A program made the position numbers and the translations under genes. A DNA stretch of 64,000 bases, taken from assembly GCA_964188305.1 (NCBI GenBank), contig OZ076894.1. One strand, written 5' to 3'. A model generated the notes under the pieces. It was not told the origin of the DNA. It searched no databases and saw only the letters and a list, made by a program, of their open reading frames with translations. Below, in pieces: positions 1-12,264 of the stretch (position 1 is its first letter; every line of letters starts with the position of its first letter). The DNA is from Podarcis bocagei (lineage: Eukaryota).

Positions 1-56
1 CCGCTGGCTCTCCTGAGTTCTAAGGAGTTCTAAGATGTTGGAGATGTTGTATGTTG
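1..56 (-). pseudogene. Pseudogene exon remnant (runs off window): ATYNISNILELLRTQESQR
   Basis: Acceptor ctgctttacttttcaag ends at 57. Phase 1 matches the upstream donor, with a 100-nt intron at 57-156. Confidence 0.6.
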
Positions 57-156
57 CTTGAAAAGTAAAGCAGCTCAGAAGGCAAACTTCTTTATACGTG
101 GCAGCTCTACCTTTCCTGGCTTTCAACCGGGCATTGTAATGGGTAGGTATTTATAC

Positions 157-410
157 CTGAGTCTACCATCTCCTAAGTAGCTTGTTGGACATTTCATTGG
201 CACTCCAAAGCTCCTGCTTGTTTTGTCATCTCCTCTATTCCTGTAGACCTGGAGGTGACTAGGTGGGACGTGAAAGCTAACTAGGAACACAGGCAAGTGA
301 GGTTGAGATCTGTGGTAAGGACACATTGATCCTCAGGTTTGCCGGCAATGCAGGAGGAATCTGCTAGGGGCTCCTGCTTTCCCATCTCCTCATCCAAGGT
401 GTTTCTAGGT
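157..410 (-). pseudogene. Pseudogene exon remnant: PRNTLDEEMGKQEPLADSSCIAGKPEDQCVLTTDLNLTCLCS*LAFTSHLVTSRSTGIEEMTKQAGALECQ*NVQQAT*EMVDS
   Basis: Acceptor tttgctttgttcag, donor CAG|gtataa. Phase 2 start matches the 4006 donor. Three stops, each one C>T change from a Gln/Arg codon. Confidence 0.7.
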
Positions 411-1683
411 CTGAACAAAGCAAATCCTGACAATTATTATTATTATTTTTACAAAAAAGCAAAAAGGAAAAAGCAAAACCAACACTGAACTCTTATGTTT
501 TCTTTAACTGTTGTGGTTGAAAAGGTGGGCATGAATGAGGAATCGGAATCTTTTGCAAGTTTTTATTGAGGAATATGGGGGGAAAGGTTGTTTTGACTTG
601 ATTTATAGTCCAAAAGTTCATTGTCTTTCAATAAGAATTAGGGAGCAATTCTGCAGCCAGCACTCAGCCATCTGAAGGACTGTAGGAAGAGGTTTAAGAG
701 CTTCTCTGCCAGCAGAGAGAAAGGCTTGCCAGTAGGATGGCACTTAAATGTGATTTCCATGCAGATTTTAAAAAAATATATATAATTGCAGATTAATTTG
801 GAAGCGGCATGGAATGAACTTACATGCAAAAGTGACACAGATCAGAATTTGATTCACTCATCCCTATTTAAATTTTTGCTTGTGGGTACAAGAGACTGAG
901 ACAAAAGAACTGACATAGTTTGAAGAAGGTGTTTTATTTATCAACACTTTTTCTTGAGTAGCCTTAGGAGAAACCTTGCTAGAGAAAGGGTTTTTTGTAG
1001 GCTGTGGAATAGATGGCAAAACCTTTATCTTACAAAACGTAAAATTAGCATTTGTTCAGCCATTGTAGACTATTATAAATCTTCATATCTAAAAGTTTTT
1101 CCTAGATAAGGTGCACAGAAAGCAAACTTCCTGTTGATAGGATCATACTTGCAGACAATACACCATTTCTGGTCGGAAACACAATTACCCAAAGTAAGAA
1201 GCAGTGGGGAGGATGTAGAGTTTTTATCCAAATGACATCATGATGCATCACCACAGCCATGCGATGGGAATAAATGGCAAAGAGAAACTTAGATGCAGAA
1301 CAAAGAAAACAGCTGGGAGCACACAAACATCAAAGGAGAAATAGCACGTAATAAGCAAAAGGGAAGCTGGGGTGCATAAAGTAAAAAAAGAAAAGCTCTT
1401 AGGTATTATAATGGAAAACCTTAAAGCAGGGGTGAACAACTTGCAGCTTTTATCATACATTTATGAAGCTCTTAGCCTAATTCCATGCATATGGCAAGGA
1501 GACAGAAAGATACTGGCAGAAAGAAAGAAAGAGAAGAGATGGGGTTCCTCGTTTGTGTTTGGCTTTGCCCACTTTAACTCTGGTTCCATTGACCAGTGGC
1601 TCCACCAGCATGTGGCCTCCTCCAACAGAATACTCCAAGGAAATACAGTAAAGAACCAAAAAGTGATTGAGAGTTGAGAGTCA

Positions 1684-1890
1684 GGGCCACACTTCCTTTT
1701 GTCCCACTGCTTTTCCCTGGGGAAAACGCTGTTTAGTGCTCAATCAGAGCAAACGGCAATTGAGGTTTTCTCCAGATTGACGTTTGATCCAATTTAGAGC
1801 TAAAAAGTGGGTTTCCCCCCAGGAAAGGAGTGGGGCAAGGGGGAAATTGCTTGGACCTTTGCCTTCTATGCAGGGGAAGTGTGGATGAGT
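1684..1890. mobile_element. Palindromic MITE-like element
   Basis: Arms ~1688-1760 and ~1776-1850 are imperfect reverse complements (cccactgcttttccctggggaaaac...gcaaacggcaat / attgacgtttg...gggtttccccccaggaaaggagtgggg). Confidence 0.55.
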
Positions 1891-1894
1891 TCCC

Positions 1895-2088
1895 GGTGGT
1901 GGTTTAGTACTTAGAGCACTGGATTGGATTTACATCCCCACTTGGCCATGAAGCTCACTGGGTGACCTTGGGGCAGTCATGCTAACCTACCTCACAGGGT
2001 TATTATGAGAATAAAACAGGGAGGAGGAGACCTATGTACCAAATCCTGAGTTCCTTGAGGAAAGATGGGATTCAATTGTAATAAATAA
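1895..2088 (+). mobile_element. Degenerate tRNA-derived CORE-type SINE (Squam3/MIR-like)
   Basis: cttggccatgaagctcactgggtgaccttggggcagtca...ctaacctacctcacagggttattatgagaataaa, ending in an aataaataa tail. Confidence 0.7.
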
Positions 2089-2369
2089 GGAATGCTGACT
2101 GGAATGCTTGCATTCATAAAACACCAGTTACAGATATGCAACTTTTAAATACCTATATAGTGTCCATATATAACTATATGTTTATATTTCTGGAAAACTT
2201 TATATAAACAGGGAAATAATATACGCTATGAAGAACTGCTCTGACAAAGACTATGTCTAGTTTTGCTCACACATCTACAGCATAGTGTTTTACAAATGTT
2301 GATGGAATGGACCAGGTGGCTGCTTAACATAAAAAAGTCAGGAAAATGCCTCTAGAAAAGCAGAAGGTA

Positions 2370-2830
2370 GAGCCAGGTCCTCAGTCAAATGGCATTTTGC
2401 AGCAGAAGTTGATTTGCCAACACATAGCAAATGGTGTATGTGGACAATAGCCAATGAAAAGGCCTCTGAGGGGAAGTTCAGAAACATTGCATAGGATTAG
2501 CGTTAACAGATACAACCTGACTGCTATTCTCCTTAAGCTGTCCTGATTAAAAAAAACTGATGGGCCTGCAAATGTCCAGGCCATGAGAAACAGTTCCCTG
2601 ACTTCTTGTAGGTCAGAAAGAATTGAGAACTGAAGGATGGGTGAGATGGAAATAAGATACCATTTTAGTGAGCTATGTGGAGAATAAAGTTGCCATTGAC
2701 ACTAAGGGTCAGCACTAGGCCCCTCACAATATGTGGAAGAGAGCTTGGAACACAAGGCAGCTTTCTTGCTGATGGATACTAGAAACAATCAAACCATTGC
2801 TATTGTATTGCCCTCCCCCACTCATAGTGT
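2370..2830 (-). mobile_element. DIRS1-like retrotransposon fossil (tyrosine recombinase region)
   Basis: Minus-strand translation LTKMVSYFHLTHPSVLNSF*PTRSQGTVSHGLDICRPISFF resembles the DIRS YR pattern LPKVVSxFHLNQxIVLPSF...HxLDVRRALxFY. An NTIAMV-like RNase H remnant lies upstream. Confidence 0.7.
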
Positions 2831-4005
2831 AGGGCACTCCATAGTCCTGTCAGAATTAGTAGCTGTCAGCACTTGTTCCCACGAGGATGTTAAGCTTCAA
2901 AAAGCAATGGTGACATGCTTGCTTGGTAATGTTCAGGCAGTGTGATAAGAATTCCTCGTATCATTATTTATTTATTACACTGATAATAAATGTAAAGCAC
3001 TGAAATTGGTGTAACCGGTTCCACTGCCCCCCCATCTCCTCAGAAGTAAGCTGGGTCCTACACACTCTAAATGCAATGGGGAGGTTAGATGAGAATTGTG
3101 TGGAAAGATGCCAGACCCAACCTTTGAGGTTTTTACAGATGGAAGGCTGTTCTATTGGACAGGGTAAGAGTTGAAGCTCTATGGTTAATGTTCTAGAATG
3201 TTCCTTAAGCTTGGTTTGCACAGGTGCTGAGCCTTTGTAGAAAAGAGCAGAGGCTATAGAAAAGAACCCAGTGTAACAAAGCTCCAGTTTCCTATATTGT
3301 TGAGAGAAGCAGACAACAATTGAGAATAAAATTGAACAAATGTCAAAGATTAACACAGTGTTAAAAATGAATTCAATGCTTGTGTTTCATGCACTGTGAA
3401 ATCATGCTGAATAGCTCTATGTTTACTATATTCCTTAAATGTTAGTTATTTCCCTCTCATTCCAACAAGCTGTTGCTGGTATTACTGTTAATAAATTATT
3501 TGGTGATTTGCCAAAAATATACAGTATTAATTACCAAAATATGTAGAGAACTATTTTAGGAAATTCATTCATATAATTATTCAGAAACTGCATGTTTAGT
3601 AATTGCAATGCAGAAAACACACAGCTCAATACTGAGTTTTGCTTTTGATAATCAGTAATGACTGTTTAGTACTATTATTGAACCTTTTTTAAAGCACCCA
3701 GTGAAACAATGTATCATGGGGCTCTAATTTCACACTTTCAGTTTATTACTTTAAATCATTTCAGTTTGTTTCTAACACAAAGGTATGGAAGCCTATCATA
3801 AATACCTGTTGGTAATACAGATCCTCATTAAGCCACTTTCCATTTACTATCAAGAAGAGAAACATAAAGAGAATACAGTACATTGCAGTGTTTCTCTGAA
3901 TAACCTCTTTTGTGTGAAATAAAACAATTTTTTGTTTGGGGGGGAAAACCCAACTGTAAGAATTTGGAAGTACGGTATTGGAACGAACAAAAACACAAAT
4001 GCCAC

Positions 4006-4167
4006 CTTGAGGGGCTTTGAATCAAAATTCTCTTAAGCTTTTGCCAAGCCTCTTGAAGTGCTAGGACCAGCCACATTTCTAGTGTATCTTTTATAAACTT
4101 GGGCTCCATATATAAGCTTCCACCTGGTAATGACAGTGATATAATGCTCATGTCATCAAATGAGTTT
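4006..4167 (-). pseudogene. Pseudogene exon (open frame): NSFDDMSIISLSLPGGSLYMEPKFIKDTLEMWLVLALQEAWQKLKRILIQSPSR
   Basis: Acceptor gtgctgttag, donor AAG|gtggca. 162 nt, phase 2-2, matching both neighbours. Confidence 0.7.
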
Positions 4168-5760
4168 CTAACAGCACTGTGTTACTTATCTTCAGAGCCA
4201 TATTACTTTAAAGATCATTTCCTTTAGAAACAAACAAAGCATTCCTTTGTATTAAGAATTTCTAGAAACACGTTCAAGAAATCAGTGGTTAACAGGGACA
4301 AAATCAGTATCATACTCCCTTACAAAAGTTTGCTTTCAAATGGAAAAGATCCAAAGAAAGAATAATCGATAATAGCCTTCAAGTTCTGTCTTATCAAGGT
4401 TGTCATTTGTTCTAAGCTCAAAGCATGACGGAAACTCATATTCTGTCAAGGTCTTCTAGATTTGGATTAAAAAATCTTTATCTCCATTTTACTGTAGTTC
4501 CCTTGCTGACACATCTCCATATGCACTGGTTCAATCCCCAAGTATGGCCCTCCAGTAGCGACATTGCTTAGGAAGGCATCCTTTGGGTGTAGGTTATACT
4601 ACCATCATTCTCAGTTGTGAGGTCATCCCAAACCCACCCAATATCTCACTCTTCAAACTAGTAATATTACATAAATGTCTTCACCTGTGGGGATAGTACT
4701 GAACTTCAGAAATACCCCCAATAATTTTATTTGCTCTATTTCGAGAGAGTAAAGTATAAACAGATTCTGGAAATGCAGAAAATGACCTAAAAGGTGCAAA
4801 TTAATCTATCTGCTTAGGCTCTGCATTTTATGATGGCTTCTAGTTAATTGATACTAAGGTAAGACTCAGCATATTCAAGCCTTGGTATAAATCAATCAAT
4901 CAGTCAGTCAATTTTTGTTGGCATAGTAAGAGTACATTGTTTACATGGATCAGAAGAAAACACTGTAATGAAACATAGTAGTAGGTACTTTAGGATAAAA
5001 CTGTACAGACATCATGAGATACGAAGGTACGCCTTTGGCATTGGGATTTCTAGCCAGTCAGGAGAGGAGTGGTGTATCTTAGTGTCATTTGTGCATTAAG
5101 GATCTTTGAAACTGACCTTTCCAGTCACATGGTTACATGCTAAAGGAAAACGTGGTATAAAACAAATCTATATACATCAAATCAGGTAGATTTCTTAATG
5201 ATCACCACCACTTAACCAGACATTTATCAGATGGTTGCCTAATCAGGTTTGTAGGATGCATTTCGGTTTTGAAGGGACACTGGGATAGGCTCCTAGAGAC
5301 ACAGTTGCTATTACCTCAATGTAATAGACAATCGTGACAATTGTGGGGACAGTTTTAATTCCAAGATATCTAAATGTTTCCAAAGGGGGTTCTCTATCAC
5401 ACATTTCCTATCACAATCTGAAGAAAGCCACACAAATTGAACTCGTTTGCTTTGTTTATACAGCACACAGAATATATGCAATTGAACCCTCATTTGCAAA
5501 TGTTTACTCTATCAAAAGCATCATTAGGCTATATTTTCTAGGTAGCATGCAGAGTAAACTAATGCACATCCAGACTGCAGGTGTTGATTAGACATTTTCT
5601 GTTCAAAATGAGAATTACAAACACTGTTACATTTAAATTGTCCTCTTTTTTTCCTCTAGAAATAGAGTTAATTAATTCCACAGGGACTAAGAAATGCAGA
5701 AAGCCTAAACTTCAGTGAAAAGGCAGGTTAAGAAGAAAGAATGCTGAAGAGACACGCTAC

Positions 5761-5817
5761 CTTAGCTGATTTACCAAAGCCTGCTTGCTTTCCCACTTGG
5801 TGGCAGTCAAAAGTTCC
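5761..5817 (-). pseudogene. Pseudogene exon (open frame): ELLTATKWESKQALVNQLR
   Basis: Acceptor aacaacccag, donor AAG|gtagcg. 57 nt, phase 2-2. Confidence 0.7.
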
Positions 5818-6693
5818 CTGGGTTGTTTGCAATAGTGTAAAATCAAAATAATTTTCATGGAGAGCAATATATTAAAACAAATATTTGGCTTGAGTGACCT
5901 GGCTACATACAGATAATGATGTTTCCCTGGATTGCTTGTATTTCTGAGTAATATAAACAGGGATTTTTCTTCTTTTTTAAAGTTTGCCGAATAAGAAAAC
6001 ATATTAATGGAAATTTACAACCTCTCTCCTTATCAAACGTTAAACAAACATACATTGCTATTTGCTCCTTTAGGAGAAACACAATCACATGCATGTCTAC
6101 TTGGATTTTCAGTTAGATTTACTCCCAGGCAAGTGCATATAGGACAGCAGTCTCAGTTGCCATGAAGTAGTTTCAGTTATTCAAGATAAAACCATTCTCA
6201 AGAATGGTTCAACTAGTAACAGGGTTCATTCATTGGGAGAACGTATGGAAGCTGCTAATGTAACCAGAAGGAAGGATAAAAAAATGTGAGAGCCACAGTT
6301 TAGGGTTATATCCAATGCTGAATCTTCTGCTTGTACAATGAGACTTCCCCTAACTCTTAACTATTCACCCCCCCAAAAAAAAAACTGTTTTGGAGTGTTC
6401 CCCAACCCTTTGGAACATATTTTTGGGATGTAAGGAGTGCTATAGCAGAGAGCAACAAATGAGGAATTTCCACTGCAGAAGTCTGTTGCGGAAATACAAT
6501 GACCATAGTTGCTTCATCTAGTGGCCAATATAAAGTAACATGTTTGCCACTTTCCCATGCGGGGATTACATGACTTGCAAAAAGGACATCCAAATATTTA
6601 TACATACCCTCTGTGTTATACTGTATGTGTCTAAATTCTGGATCATTCACTATGTGTCTCAGGAAGTGTAAGAGATCCTACAGGGCCACTCAC

Positions 6694-6878
6694 CTCATGA
6701 CTAGCCACCCTACTAAGTTGCTCAGTCATTGTTCACCGTGGTGGCAGCCACCTTTCCACTGTTGGTGCTGCACCTCCACCTGCTTCAGGTAATGTAATGC
6801 TTGGTCTGTCTGGTGTGCTACTCTTTATTTTCTCTTACATGCATCTTGTAAACGCTAAGCCTCTGTCTGTGGCTCTGC
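6694..6878 (-). pseudogene. Pseudogene exon: AEPQTEA*RLQDACKRK*RVAHQTDQALHYLKQVEVQHQQWKGGCHHGEQ*LSNLVGWLVMR
   Basis: Acceptor tgactgtttaag, consensus donor GAG|gtgagt. 185 nt, phase 0-2. Three stops in a heptad-like sequence. Confidence 0.75.
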
Positions 6879-7693
6879 CTTAAACAGTCATCACACAAAA
6901 TTTATGCCTGCAATAATTAATGAAACAGCTGAGGTTTCATTTCTTTGCAGACACATAAAGGCCTTCCACTGACTTTTCCATGAAAAACATGCCCACAGAA
7001 TTGCGCTCAATAATTTTGTTCAAAACCAAATTACTATTCTCTGGGTTGTGCTAATATTTGTGTTTTGGTATTACGGCATTTTTTATTCTCTTGCACTTAT
7101 ATATTGTACTTATTTTTAATGCCCCGTATCTTCAAATTAATATGCCACCTGCTTCCTTTCAAAAATGCACTGTCTTATAGGTTTGGGGGATTGGTTTGAA
7201 TGATATCTTTGGGTTCCAACCAATCCTTTTATTTTGAATCTGCAAGATTATGAGCCTGCAGTGGAGGGGAAATGCTGAACTAGTCAACCTGGTTTCTTTG
7301 GTAAGTGTACTGCCCTAACTGGGGGCTGTAAGTATCCTATCTGAATGGCCAGTTAGTCATGTTGCTATAGAGACAACAGGTTGGTGGTGCTCTTCCACCT
7401 GGCTGGATTCCACATCATTCTAGCAGTGGGAGAACACTAAACCATGGGGATAGCCTTTATTTTAGTTTCATCTGAAGCTGGGAGCTGGAAAAGATAGGCT
7501 TGCTTTGCTCCCTCTATGCTGACACCCCAAGCTATGGCTTTGAGGATCCTCCTATAAACCTAATGGGGAAGTAAGATCTGTTAATGCTGTATGTTATTCC
7601 ATCCTATGCTCAGGTTGTATATGTGGGGAAGGGAAAGCATATATTCCAAACACATCACAGTCTACAGTGACCTGCATTCCAAGAAAACCAAAC

Positions 7694-7786
7694 CCTGGGA
7701 AAGCACTGGAACCCCTGGAGGCTCTTGCTGCACAACAATATACTTTGACTGATCTGCTGCAATTCTGTTGACTTGTCAAAATCATT
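7694..7786 (-). pseudogene. Pseudogene exon (open frame): NDFDKSTELQQISQSILLCSKSLQGFQCFPR
   Basis: Acceptor tttatttttaaag, donor AGG|gtttgg. 93 nt, phase 0-0. Confidence 0.65.
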
Positions 7787-8442
7787 CTTTAAAAATAAAC
7801 TGTACTTTGAGAAGTAGAACATTCTTGAATTTGATTTATTCAAGTGTGTCATTTTGGGAGCCATTAGCATGCTTTTTAAAATTCAACTTGCCCAAAATAG
7901 AACCGTTTGGTGGAAGAGTCAGGTTTAATCTTCCTAACCGCAGGACAATGACAGTATTTGTAATGATGTTGAAATACTGGGTATTTCATTTGGAAACCAT
8001 AGGTACATTCTTTATTACACTGACAGTTAGAGATAACAGGATTTAGTTCTGGGATAGGATAAACTAATTCCAGAGAACAGTGTTATTTATTTTTTCTTCC
8101 AATGCAAACACAAATGCTTCTTGGTAAATGTATGGAAGAGTTCTATTTATTTGTTTTCTTTCTTGACATTTGTTTATAGAACCAGGCACCAGTGCAGCCA
8201 AGTCAGCTTTTTTTATTCATTGGAGTTTTGAAATATTTTACAGTTACTTTGGTGGTGCATTTGTTTAGGTAGAAAAAAATAATACTGAATTGTAGGGCTT
8301 TTGTACTGGCCTAGAATGAAGCAGGACAAATAAAAGGTAAAACAAAAAACAAAAACCCAAGCAAAAATTTGTCCAAATTGTGACAATTTCATACAGCTTC
8401 CATGACAATATGGCCTACTGTCAAACACCTTAATAACCGTAC

Positions 8443-8630
8443 TTCCCTCCTCACACAGTATTTAATAGGAGTGTGAACTGGCCACAAGATCTGTCCTATA
8501 TCTGAGCATATCTTAGAATTCCCTTCTGTTTTTGTTACTCTGTGCTCTCCACTTCATTCTGTAATTGAGCTCCCAAGCCGCTCTGTATAAAGTGGAGCTC
8601 TCTGTTCCTCTACTTGCTAAGATGGGGAAT
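8443..8630 (-). pseudogene. Pseudogene exon: IPHLSK*RNRELHFIQSGLGAQLQNEVESTE*QKQKGILRYAQI*... (3' boundary and frame uncertain)
   Basis: Acceptor ctgtgtttag, putative donor GAA|gtacgg. 188 nt, so one frameshift is needed to join the next phase-0 exon. Confidence 0.55.
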
Positions 8631-9119
8631 CTAAACACAGCTATAACCTTTTACCTTGTGGTCAATGTGAAAATTGCTGGCACACGAATCCATCCAAAGC
8701 CTGCCAAATTGCAGACAAATAGGTCCAGGAATTTTTGGAGGGGGAAATAAAAGTGATTCACTTTCTAATATAGCCCCTTATGGGGGAGAGAAGCAGGGGT
8801 TTGTTTCTTTCTTACAATAATTAAGAAATGGCTGAGTGGTGTGTATTCTTGCTTATATGTTTCTTTTTAATTCGCAACTTCAAACAAGTCCTTTTTTTGG
8901 GGGGGGGTACTTGTTTGTGCCCTTCAGAAGGCTTTACAAGCCTTCCAATTGGACTTTACAGGTATCCAATGGGTCTCACAATGTGAAGCTATCAGGAGTA
9001 CTGCCTAAGGAGTTCTGGAGATCTTTGGTTTTGGTTCAAGCATAGCAACACTGGATTGATAAAGCACTTAAACTTTTTTAAATGTCCCAGTGCTGCTGGT
9101 GGAATGAAAACATACCCAC

Positions 9120-9257
9120 CAATACTACTGCAGTTACAATCATTACTAGAGCAATCTATGAATCCTTGCACAACTACAAATGTTTTCACAGTGTTGGTAG
9201 AGGCATGGGAGTAATATTGGAAGAAGCAGGGACATCCAGAGATGTTGCTGTTAGAGT
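9120..9257 (-). pseudogene. Pseudogene exon: TLTATSLDVPASSNITPMPLPTL*KHL*LCKDS*IALVMIVTAVVL
   Basis: Acceptor ttggttcttcaag. Donor TTG|gtgggt, with an alternative in-frame donor after 9147. Phase 0-0, three stops. Confidence 0.55.
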
Positions 9258-9689
9258 CTTGAAGAACCAAACCACAATATGAGAGATAGTGGGGTATGTA
9301 AATTACCTGATGCAGGCTGCAATAGATGGTTGTTATTTTCCTGTATTTGGAACTTTTGAGAAACTGGAGGTGGGCTATTTTATTTATTAATACCTTCCTC
9401 CACAGGAAAGTTTGACTCTTGTTTGTATATTTTGGCAAATCGTTCATATAATTTATGTGTGTTTTAATTATTTTTCATTGCCTATTTTATAATGAATTTA
9501 AAATGTTTGTCAAAATGAACTGTTTGGACTGTTATTATATGTCCACCCCAATCTCAGAGGAGAGTTCATGGGTCCTAGTACAATCCTTGGGTTTGGTTTC
9601 TTTTGAATGCAAGTCACCAGAGACTATGGTTTCTTTGTGATAATGAATTTATTTACACATACACACATATATGCTCAGCATAAAATGGA

Positions 9690-10000
9690 AAGCCACACAG
9701 CATTAAGCCTCCCACATATCTTTCTACTCCATAAGGTGTCCAGTGAGGTTTCCAAAGTCATAACTTTGGTTTTAGCGCACAGAGCTAGTCAAACCTCAGT
9801 GGCTTGCCAATTCCAGACCAGAGTAGACTGACCATGGTCTATTGATCTCCTACACCCAGAATGGCATCACATCGAGCCTGGTGAATGTGGAAGGCTTGCT
9901 TTCTTCACCTGGGAACATCCCTAGCTAGTCCTTTTCAGGGTAATACACTTGTACTTGGTCAGCACTTTTGCCATGCCAAAAGATGTTTCAACCATGGTTA
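9690..10000 (+). mobile_element. Degenerate DIRS1-like fragment (post-RNase H domain to start of YR)
   Basis: Broken translations LLHKV...VITL...LHPEWHHI...YTCTWSAL resemble DIRS ORF motifs (PLLxKVL..KVILIAP..HPxWLHLxAW; IYxxTWxAF). Confidence 0.5.
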
Positions 10001-10561
10001 CAACCATTAACTTAATAAAGAGGCTGGTTCCACCACTTCAGCAGTTCCGTCTTCTACAAAATGTCATCTTTCAGATATGAAGCCACAGGCTTGTAGAGGA
10101 CCCAAAGGAGGTCCTAGATTCCTGGACAGGTAAAACATTGCCTGGGATGTTATGTTTCAAAGGGCTTCTTTGTATGGTTTTGCAATGAGCTGACTTTAGA
10201 CTATACCTCTGCTGGCTTCCTAAGCACAAGAAACGTCCTTAGATGTGACAGTACAAACAAACATTGGCATGAAAAACTCCTTCCTTGAAAAATGTTTAAA
10301 GATATGGGAGTGTTGTACTGATGGCTTATTTTTAGCCAGGGCTTATCCCCAGTTTAGCACCCTCCCGTAAAAAACTGCTGGGAATGGCAATGGTCCTCTC
10401 TGAACATGTGAAGTATGAATAGAAAGAGCAATGTTGAAAACATGCAGGGTACCTTTCCATCACCTCTGGCTGAGGAACTATCCACTCAGAAAAACTGGGG
10501 CTTACTCCCAAGTAACTGTGTACAGCCTAGCAGCTTAACAAAAATCACAACCATCTCTCAC

Positions 10562-10889
10562 ACATTTGAGACTAAGGCTAGCCCAATCATTGCAGTTGCT
10601 CATCTCCACTAGCACTTTTTCAAAAACATTATCTTAATTCCATCTACCCCTATCAGTTCTTTTGTCCATTCTGAGGTTCTGTTCCTTACTTTGGCAAGTT
10701 TTAATTGTATGTTTCCAATGCCGCCAGGCCACTTCTTCCCTGCTGTGCTGAACTGACACTCCAGAAAACAGGACCTTCTCTTAGCAAAGGACTGCTGACT
10801 TCACATATGGAAAAAGGAAACTCTGCTTCCTTAAATGCTGATTCAGCACAGTGGGGGATAGACAGGCCCGAGGCAGCAGGAGCAGACAA
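10562..10889 (-). pseudogene. Pseudogene exon: LSAPAASGLSIPHCAESAFKEAEFPFSICEVSSPLLREG.../...SREEVAWRHWKHTIKTCQSKEQ...DNVFEKVLVEMSNCNDWASLSLKC
   Basis: Acceptor ggataatttaag, donor TGT|gtgaga (alternative donor AAA|gtaagg near 10690). One frameshift is needed. Confidence 0.55.
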
Positions 10890-11238
10890 CTTAAATTATC
10901 CATAAAAAGTGGAAAATTGCAGAGCACCTTGGGAAAGAAAAATCAAACCACATTTTTTTCCCTGGCATGATTTTCATTTGCTTTTTTTTTATTTGAATCA
11001 TACTATCGTGACTAATATTCTCTGTGACAGTTTTGTGAGACTGTGAAGTCTGCCTAAAAAGTTTCACACACTGCTGAAGAAATAGCTTATTTCTTACTTA
11101 AGCATAAATTCAGCTTTCTACTTCAAAAAAAAATACTATTACAAAAAGAAAGTCTGTAAACAAAGGAGTGAGATGGAGCTCTGAAAATACCTTCTTGACA
11201 TGCAAAATATAACAGAGCTATGATCCAGTTGTTGGACA

Positions 11239-11309
11239 CTGCAATCCCATATGCAGTTACGCAGAAGTCAGTCTCACTGAACTCAATAGCACTATGCCTA
11301 GGATTGTAA
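11239..11309. mobile_element. Short palindromic squamate MITE (gcaatcc...ggattg family)
   Basis: ctgcaatccc...aggattgta termini. Related copies at ~6110-6155, ~12610-12685, 24375-24451 and ~56580-56660. Confidence 0.5.
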
Positions 11310-11559
11310 ATCTGCAAAAACACGCATTTTGAAAGTAATCCACTTTGAACAAAGTGAAACAAACTTCTGTGTAGGCACATGTCAGACCACACAATAAGGT
11401 CGTGTAAATGTAGCTGCTTAGAATTCATTTGAATAGGATCTTAGGAGCCATCTTGCTCCCCATCCTTTGAAGGCAACAATCAGCTACACATATCACTTTG
11501 CCTCACTTCTTATGGCTACACATTATATTCTGGCACAATAACAGGAGTGATAGCAATGA

Positions 11560-12090
11560 GACAACATGACAGAGATGTGTAAAATCATGCATGGTATGGA
11601 GAAAGTGGATAGAGAAATCCCCCCCCCACTGGTGGAGGAAGAGGAGTGCAGGGGGAGTGCACTGCCCCCAGCAGTGCAATCCCAATGGGGTGCCATCGCG
11701 GCTGCCCCCCACCCACACTGGGCACCACGCCCCTGCGGGCAGCGTGCCCCACCCCAGGACACATGCCATGCCCCTGCAGGTGGCACCCCCGCCCCCAGGA
11801 CGCTTGCTACGCCCCTGTGGGTGGCACACTCTGCCCCTGGGACGCATGCACGCTAGCCCCGCCCCGCCCCGCCTGCTCTCCCCCCCCTGGTGCCAGAACA
11901 TGAAGCTCCGCCACTGCCCCCCCATGACACTAGAACTCATGGACATTTGATGAAGCTGAATGTTGGAGAATTCTAGGCACACAAAAGAATAGCATATAGT
12001 TAAACTATGCAATTCGCTCCCAAAGAGGGCATTAATGGCCACCAACTTGGACTGCTTTTGAAGAGGATTAGGCAAAATGCTGTATATAAT
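11560..12090 (+). mobile_element. CR1 LINE 3' fragment, interrupted by a MITE
   Basis: acatgacagagatgtgtaaaatcatgcatggtatggagaaagtggatagaga...tagaactcatggacatttgatgaagctgaatgttgg...ggccaccaacttggactgcttttgaagaggattag. Confidence 0.75.
11627..11916. mobile_element. GC-rich hAT-type MITE nested in CR1
   Basis: TIRs cactggtggag / ctccgccactg, flanked by C7-8 runs as TSD. Explains the overlapping GC-rich ORFs. Confidence 0.7.
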
Positions 12091-12264
12091 GTGGACAAGG
12101 GAATTCAACAAAGGATTCCCACTGCAGTTGTGGGACTAGAACACAGATAACTACACCATGGTCTTCTAGGTTTCAGATTTGTTGAAAATTGGTAACAGCA
12201 TATGAGTTGCTTTGAACCCTGCTGGCAACCTGCCAGCATGCAAAATTGACATATGTGACATTAC

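Noticed and set aside
15-34. 10-bp direct repeat gagttctaag x2 as a frameshifting duplication within one long exon
   Set aside because: A 100-nt GT-AG intron (57-156) gives a cleaner in-frame reading (ILELLRTQ), so no frameshift is needed. Not fully excluded.
7360-7376. RFX X-box-like motif gttgctatagagac
   Set aside because: Single imperfect short motif in an intron with no supporting context.
9082-9292. Plus-strand ORF/exon candidate (MSQCCWWNENIP...)
   Set aside because: No partner exons on the plus strand; it is the antisense shadow of the minus-strand pseudo-exon 9120-9257.
11503-12111. Longest ORF (202 aa) and overlapping GC-rich ORFs
   Set aside because: They span a CR1 fragment and a GC-rich MITE; stop-poor by composition only.
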